Below are positions 56,412 through 64,000 of a DNA stretch of 64,000 nt, in pieces. The stretch is from positions 744,001 through 808,000 of the forward strand of contig JAPDFW010000063.1 of the NCBI GenBank assembly GCA_028826165.1, written 5' to 3'. This DNA comes from Anaeramoeba ignava BMAN. Its lineage: Eukaryota > Protista > Anaeramoebae. Made by a program: the position numbers and the translations under genes. The notes under the pieces are model-generated. The model was not told where the DNA came from. It did no database searches and was given only the letters and a program-made list of their open reading frames with translations. Position 1 is the stretch's first letter, and each line of letters begins with the position of its first letter.

Positions 56412-58616
56412 ATGAAATTTTTCTATTTAATTTTAATACAATTTTTAATTTTGAAAGTATTTGGTTCAGTTGACACAATTCATTCAATTAGTCGATATGA
56501 TCTTCATGGAGAAATAAACAATAAATTTTGTACCGAACAAGATGGAGAATGTAATTGGGATAAATATGAAGAATCTATGGTTCTTTTAGGACTTTGGGGG
56601 ATTATACCAGCTTTTATTGTTTTAATTTTATTTCTTATTTTATGTTGTTGTTTTTCAGTTAAAAAATCAAAAGAACTTTGTGCTGGAAAAAAAGAATATA
56701 CTTATAAAGATCGAAGAATTTTTCTTTTGATTACTTTTATTTTATCTTTTATTTCTTCTGTTGTTTGGATTACTGGTATTGTTTCTAATAATAAAGTTGC
56801 AAATGGTTATAATCAAGTTAAGGATGTTATTGTTGATACTTCTGATGAAATTGTTGCTATTTCTGAAGATATTTGTTCTTCTCTTCAGTTTTATCAAAGT
56901 ATTAATGTTGTTGATGCTAATACTCAAGCTGCTCTTAATGAAGCTTATAATATTGCGTAATTTTATAAATGAATTTTAATTTTAATTTATAAATGAATTT
57001 TAATTATAATTTTATAAATGAATTTTAATTTTAATTATAATTTATAAATGAATTTTAATTTATAAATGAATTTTAAATTTAATTTTATAAATGAATTTTA
57101 ATTTATAAATGAATTTTAATTTATAAATGAATTTATAAATGAATTTTAATTTATAATTTATAAATGAATTTTAATTATAATTTTAATTTTAATTTTAATT
57201 TTAATTTATAAATGAATTTGAAATGAATTTTAATTATAATTTATAAATGAATTTTAATTATAATTTATAAATGAATTTGAAATGAATTTTAATTTATAAA
57301 CAAATTTTAATTTATAAATGAATTTGAAATGAATTTTAATTTATAAATTAATTTATAAATGAATTTTAATTTTAATTATAATTTATAAATTAATTTGAAA
57401 TGAATTTGAAATGAATTTGAAATGAATTTGAAATGAATTTGAAATGAATTTGAAATGAATTTTAATTTTAAAAATTAGAAATCAAACTCATACAATGATA
57501 GATAAAATAAAAGGAATAAACCAAAAAAGACACATTGGAACAATAACTTTTTGGACTGTTCAAATATCATTTTTCATATTTGCATTACTTTTGGTTTCAT
57601 GCAAAAAAGGTTCAGGAGGAAGATTTATGGGATTTTTAATGCTTTTTTCTTGCATTTTTTTATTTTTATTATATGGAATATCATATGTAGTTACAGTTTG
57701 TGTAAGTGATGCATGCTACGAACTAGAAACAAACAAAGATAACAGGACTTCATTCAATTTTATTTTGGATTGTTCGTCTCTGGGAGCATTTGACAACTTC
57801 GAAACAGGATGTTTACAAGTTCAAAATTATTGTATTGAAGAAATTTGCAATTCAACAAAACTACTTTGTCAACAAAAAGAAAATTTGACTCAAAATCACA
57901 CTCATTGCGAATATGATCCCTCAACTTGTTGTTTGGATAATTTCACCATTTGGGAAAATGAGACTGTCCCGAATTTCGGTTACGGTTGTTATAATTTATC
58001 TGATCCTTATCAACCTCAAAAATGTGGAGAAATCAATCAATCACAGTGTGAATTTGGTCTTAATTGGACCAGTTCTGATTGTATATCTCTCATCTCCATT
58101 TCAGACTGTGCTTCTGTTTGTACTGATCAGGATCTGAAGGATGATTCGCTTAATTTTACAAACGCAGTCCAAAATTTCTCACAGTTTCTTAACTTTGAAC
58201 AAAGTACTTTTGCTTTAATGAATTGCTCAATTATTAACGATGCTTTAAGTTCTATTTCAAATACAATTTGCACTGATGTTTTTGATGGTTTTGTTGGTCT
58301 TTTTAGTTCATTACTTCCTTTTATAATTAGTTTTTTTATTGGAAGTCTTTTATTGATATTTTGCAAAAGTAGATTTTTGGAAAAGAATCCAAATGAATTA
58401 TCTTTTAAAGGTGATGAATCTGTTGCAAAAGATAAAATTATGAAAGAACTTAATCAAGATAATAATTTGAAAGATTTTGATAATGATCGTAAATTGATTG
58501 TTAATTTACAAAATGGTGTTGATGATATTCAAGATACATTAGATTTTTTTGAAGATAATCAAGAAAATCCACTTATTAATAAAAGAGGAAAAAATAAAGA
58601 GAAAAAGAGGAAATAA
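56412..58616 (+). CDS. Prominin/tweety-like multi-pass membrane protein, 2 exons (intron 56957-57478)
   Basis: Signal peptide, then TM1 followed by CCC and TM2, a helical loop, TM3-4, a VSDAC motif, a large Cys-rich glycosylated loop and TM5. The junction GC|A splices in frame. Confidence 0.6.
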
Positions 58617-58801
58617 AAGAAAAGATTTTGAAATTAAATTTGAAATTAAATTTGAAATTAAATTTGAATTTAAATTTGAAACTTATTCAATATTTTTTGA
58701 ATATTTTTTTTTAAATATTTTTTGAAATTTTTCATTGATTTGAGATTAAAATTTGCATAAAAAAATTTCTTTCTTTTTTCTTTTTTTCTTTTTTGTTTTT
58801 T

Positions 58802-61140
58802 TTATGGATCTGTAATTTCCCAATCATCAGGATTTGTTAATATTTGAGTAAAATAATAAAGTGGAGAGATTATTAAAGGAGCAACCAAAACTACAATCAA
58901 ATATAAATTATTATCTAAACCAGTTTGTTGAGTAATTGCATATAAAGATAAAGCTAGTAAAGCATATCTTAAAAAATAAGATCCAACAATTTGTTTTTTC
59001 TTTGTAAAAGTATATAAATAGAAGATAACATCAACAGAAACTGAATAAATTAATAAAATCCATGAGAAAGAATAATCTATTTTATAAAAGAATTTTAATT
59101 TTATAAAAGAATTTTGATTTTAAATTTTTGATTTTTAAAATACATATTAATCCACTTAATAATAAAAAACCAAGTAAAAAAAATGGAATTGGATGTATTG
59201 AACGTAAAAATATTGTTGTAAAAAATGCTTTTTCAATATATCTCCAAATTATCACTCTACAAATCATAAAAAAAATAAACCAATATCCAAAAAAAGCAAG
59301 AACCATTGACCATCTAAAAAATTTAATTTTGATTTTGATATTAATTTTAATTTTAATTTGAATTTTAATTTTAATTTTGATTTTAATTTTAATTTTAATT
59401 TTAATTTTAATTTTAATTTTGATTTAATTTTGAATTTTAATTTTAATTTTAATTTTAATTTTAATTTTAATTTTAATTTTAATTTTAATTTTGAATTTTA
59501 ATTTTGATTTTAATTTAAATTTTAATTTTGATTTAATTTTAATTTTGATTTTGATTTAAATTTTAATTTTAAATTTAATTTTAAATTTTAATTTTAATTT
59601 TTAATTTTAATTTTGATTTTGATTTTAATTTTAATTTTGATTTTGAATTTAAATTTTGATTTTGAATTTAAATTTGAATTTGAATTTTAATTTCAATTTT
59701 AATTTTAAATTGAATTTTAATTTTAATTTTAATTTTAATTTTAATTTTAATTTGAATTTGAATTTTAATTTCAATTTCAATTTTGAATTTTAATTTGAAT
59801 TTTAATTTTAATTTGGATTTGGATTTGGATTTGGATTTGGATTTCAAATTTACAAAGGAAAAACAGCTTCACTCATACAATGATTATCATTAGAATTATG
59901 AAATCCAGTATACCAATCAGCCAAAGCAGTAGAATTACAAGTTGTTACTTTTACATTACCATAAGGAGGAAAAGTAATTGTTGTGACAAAAAAAGCAATA
60001 ACTGTTTCAACAACTGAAAAAACAATGTGTGATAATCTAATCAAAATTAAATAATTTTTATTCAATTATTGCTTTTTGCTTATGATTCTTCTTTTTTTAT
60101 TACCTTTCTCTCTTGACGTTTGTTGAGAAAATGGTAATAATTATTAAATAACTTGTTATTAATACTGGAAAAAATACAAAATAACTCCATTGATATCCTG
60201 TTAAATTTTTCTTGCATGGAAGGCAAACATATCCATCAGTTCTATATCCTTTTTGACAACTCTTTTTAATTTTAATTTTAATTTGAATTTTAATTTTAAT
60301 TTTAATTTTAATTTTAATTTTAATTTTAATTTTAATTTTAATTTTAATTTTAATTTTAATTTTAATTTTAATTTTAATTTTAATTTTAATTTTAATTTTA
60401 ATTTTGATTTTTAATTTTGATTTTAATTTTAATTTTGAATTTTAATTTTAATATTAATATTAATTTTAATTTTAATTTAAATTTTAATTAATTTTAATTT
60501 TTAATTTTAATTTTGATTTTGATTTTAATTTTAATTTTAATTTTGAATTTTAATTTTAATTTTAATTTTAATTTTAATTTTAATTTTAATTTTAATTTTA
60601 ATTTTAATTTTAATTTTAATTTTAATTTTGATTTTGATTTTAATTTTAATTTTAATTTTAATTTTATAAATAATTTTTAATTTTAATTTTAATTTTAATT
60701 TTAATTTTAATTTTAATTTTAATTTTAATTTTAATTTTAATTTTAATTTTAATTTTAATTTTAATTTTAATTTTAATTTTAATTTTAATTTAAATTTTAA
60801 TTTGAATTTTAATTTTAATTTTAATTTTGAATTTTAATATTAATTTTAATTTTGATTTTAATTTTAATTTTATAAATGAATTTTAATTTTAATTATAATT
60901 TTAATTTTGAATTTAATTTTAATTTTAATTTTAATTTTTTAAATGAAAGCTTACTGAACACGATAATGAGGTTACTTCTCCATTTTTATATTTTCTTCCA
61001 CAATATGTTCCTCCGCATTTTGTATAATTTGTTTGAAAATCAATTTTACATTGATCTGTATCATAACAAATTGAAATAGATTTAACGGAAATTATAAAGA
61101 GAATAAATATAAAAAAATAAAATGAAAATAAATTTCTCAT
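58802..61140 (-). CDS. JKAMP: JNK1/MAPK8-associated membrane protein homologue, 5 exons
   Basis: CGGTYCGR..CSSCQKGYRTDGYVCLPC, LADWYTGFHN..HCMSEAVFPL and GLIYYSFSW match JKAMP motifs (C.G.YCG, C..G.RT, SDWYT, HCT.EAVYPL, GLLYY.FPY). Confidence 0.85.
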
Positions 61141-61270
61141 TAAATTAAAACAAAAATGAAAAAAATGAAAAAATGAAAAATGAAAAATGAAAAAATGAAA
61201 AAAATTGTTTTTTTTTTTGGAAATTGATTTTATTTAAAAATTTAATTTTGTTTTGTTTTGTTTTCTTTCT

Positions 61271-63196
61271 TTAACAACATCCCGATTTATCAATTTCATC
61301 ATTTGAAAGAACTGCTTGTTTCTTTTTCTTATTTTTTCCACCAGATAAACTAAATTAAAATTTAAATGAAAAATTTTTTTTAGATTTAAAAAAAAAAAAG
61401 GAAAAAAAAATTTGTTTTAAAAATTTTACTTTTTGAAAGTTATTTCTGCTAAATTTTCAAAAGATTTTTCAACACCTTCTCCTGATTTTGCAGAAACTTC
61501 AAAGAAAGAACAATTATAAGATTTTGCTAATTCCTAAAAAAAAAAAGTCAAAAAAAAAGTGGATCAAAAAAATAAAAATTAAGGAAAATAAAAAATATAA
61601 AAATAAAAAATACTTGTCCTTGTTGTTGTGAAATAACTCTAGATTGTTGAAGATCTATTTTGTTTGCTACTAAAATTTTGGCAACATTTGGTGGTGCATG
61701 TTTTTTAATTTCTTTAAACCAAGTTGATATTTGTTTAAATGATTCTTCGTTTGTAATATCATAAACAACCATAATTCCATCAGCTTTTCTGTAATAAGTG
61801 CCTGTAATTGTTCTAAATCTTTCTTGACCTTAAAATTTATATTTTTAATTTTGAATTTTAATTTTGAATTTTAATTTTAATTTTAATTTTTAATTTTGAT
61901 TTTGATTTTGATTTTAATTTTGATTTTAATTTTAATTTTAATTTTAATTTTAAATTTAATTTTAATTTTAATTTTAATTTTGATTTTAATTTTAATTTTA
62001 ATTTTAATTTTAATTTGAATTTTGATTTTGATTTTGATTTTGATTTTAATTTTAATTTTGATTTTGATTTTGATTTTGATTTTAATTTTAATTTTAATTT
62101 TGATTTTGATTTTAATATTTAATTTTAATATTTATATTTATATTTTAATTTTATTTTTAATTTGAATTTTAATTTGAATTTTAATTTTGATTTTGATTTT
62201 GATGTTGATTTTGAATTTTGATTTTGATTTTGATTTTAATTTTAATTTTGATTTTGATTTTGATTTTGATTTTGATTTTGATTTTGATTTTGATTTTAAT
62301 TTTAATTTTAATTTTAATTTTAATTTTGATTTTAATTTTAATATTATAAATAATTTTAATTTTAATTTTGTTTTGATTTTAATTTTGATTTTAATTTTAA
62401 TTTTAATTTTGATTTTAATTTTAATTTTAATTTTGATTTTAATTTTGATTTTGATTTTAATTTTAATTTTAATTTTAATTTTGATTTTAATTTTAATTTT
62501 AATTTTAATTTTAATTTTAATTTTAATTTTAATTTTGATTTTAATTTTAATTTTAATTTTGATTTTGATTTTTGATTTTGATTTTGATTTTTATTTTAAT
62601 TTTTATTTTAATTTTAAATTTAATTTTGATAAATGAATTTTGATTTTAATTTTGATTTTGATTTTGATTTTAAATTTTAATTTGAATTTTAATTTTGATT
62701 TTAATTTTAATTTTGATTTTAATTTGAATTTTGGATTTGAATCAAAGGAAATGAAATAAAATAGGTTTTACCAGCAGTATCCCACTAAATAAAAGAGAAA
62801 AAAGAAAATAGAGAAAATGAATAAAATTTTTTTTTGATTTTTAGTTTTGATCTTTAATTAAAAAAATGAATAAATTTTTGGGGTATTTATTAAAAAATTT
62901 TAATTAGAAGAATAAGTAAAAAAAAAAACAAAAAATATTGAAATAGCAAAATAAATATGAAAGTAAGAAAAAAAAAATAATAAAAAAATAATAAAAAAGA
63001 AAAGGGTTACAATTTGAAGCTTTATTGGTTTTCCTGTAACTTCAAGTGTTTTAAAACGAAAATCAACGCCTATTGTTGTTGATAAATCATCATTAAATTC
63101 TCCATCACAATAACGAAGAAGAATTGAACTTTTTCCAACCATTGAATTACCAATAACTAATAATTTAAGAGTTTTATACACTACTTTTTTAGACAT
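61271..63196 (-). CDS. Rab GTPase (Rab1/8/18 supergroup), 5 exons including a 13-nt microexon
   Basis: GNSMVGKS, TIGVDF, WDTAG|QERFRTIT, NKID and EVSAK motifs; C-terminal GCC prenylation motif. Confidence 0.93.
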
Positions 63197-63374
63197 TATT
63201 GTATCTCTTTTCAATAAATGTTTTTTTTTATTTTGAAATCAAAAAAAAAAGAAGAAGGAATTGAAAAGAAAAAAATGATAAAAAAAAAATGATAAAAAAA
63301 ACTTTTTTTTTTGCTTTTAATTTTTGGAATTAAAATTGGATTTTATTTTAATTTGTTAAAAAATAAATTTTCTT

Positions 63375-64000
63375 GTATTGATAAACTTGTTATAAATTGT
63401 TTAAATTGATAAATTTGTTATAAATTGTTAAATTTGTTATAAATTGTTAAATTTGTTATAAATTGATAAATTTCTTGTAAATTGATAAATTTGTTATAAA
63501 TTGATAAATTTGTTATAAATTTGTTATAAATTGTTTAATTTATTAAATTTGTTATAAATTGATAAATTCTTATAAATTGTTAAATTTGTTATAAATTGTT
63601 AAATTTGTTATAAATTGTTAAATTTGTTATAAATTGATAAATTTCTTGTAAATTGATAAATTTCTTGTAAATTGATAAATTTGTTATAAATTGTTTAATT
63701 GATAAATTTGTTATAAATTGTTTAATTTATTAAATTTGTTATAAATTGATAAACTTCTTATAAATTGATAAATTTGTTTTAAAATTGATTAAATTGATAA
63801 ATTTGTGATAAATTGATAAATTTTCTTAAAAAATAAAATTGTTTAAATTGATAAATTTCTTATAAATTGATAAATTTGTTATAAATTGTTAAATTTGTTA
63901 TAAATTTGTTAAATTTGTTATAAATTGATAAAATTTCTTGTAAATTGATAAATTTGTTATAAATTGATTAAATTGATTAAATTGATAAATTTGTTATAAA
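63375..64000. repeat. Intergenic satellite built from TTGTTATAAAT and TGATAAAT modules
   Basis: Direct inspection; it runs off the window end. Confidence 0.85.

Noticed and set aside
16983-62636. Numerous ORFs of ILILIL, FDFDFD, NFNFNF, KIKIK, YELI and MKIE type in the ORF track
   Set aside because: They are stop-free readings of intronic or intergenic satellites, with no coding complexity.
9366-63196. Non-canonical (AT-AC or GC-AG) introns
   Set aside because: Every junction I reconstructed could be resolved in frame with GT-AG.
63375-64000. Telomeric repeat at the window end
   Set aside because: It is a degenerate AT-rich multi-module satellite like the other spacers and lacks a G-rich fixed unit.

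Overview
A 64-kb gene-dense segment of an extremely AT-rich, intron-containing microbial eukaryote. It uses the standard code, and every intron I could reconstruct is GT-AG. Gene content, composition, BTB and RCC1-BTB genes and a TCATTT initiator-like motif suggest an Anaeramoeba-like metamonad protist; this is inference only. I reconstructed 20 protein-coding genes plus one pseudogene: a tandem-BTB protein, two divergent actin-like genes with a decayed duplicate, an ankyrin protein, a heterotrimeric G-alpha (7 exons, absent from the ORF track), phosphoglycerate mutase, proteasome ATPase RPT5, a low-complexity orphan, two tandem PLP aminotransferases, importin-alpha, a dynamin, an MFS transporter, a tail-anchored C2 protein, a large BEACH-WD40 protein, a prokaryote-like P-loop kinase, an RCC1-BTB protein, a COMMD protein, a prominin/tweety-like protein, JKAMP and a Rab GTPase. 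Introns and spacers are filled with locus-specific 5-21 bp satellites, which generate most of the short ORFs in the track. Main observations: (1) a dynamin with GTPase-middle-PH-GED architecture whose PH domain resembles that of animal classical dynamins; (2) actin paralogues lacking the Q137/H161 catalytic residues; (3) a pseudogene eroded by microhomology-flanked deletions; (4) an ankyrin protein with two receiver-like domains; (5) an 84-bp mirror-symmetric bidirectional promoter built from TCATTT units; (6) A-rich 3' splice sites with no polypyrimidine tract; (7) three +1 frame breaks. I saw no RNA genes, CRISPR arrays, transposases or inteins.
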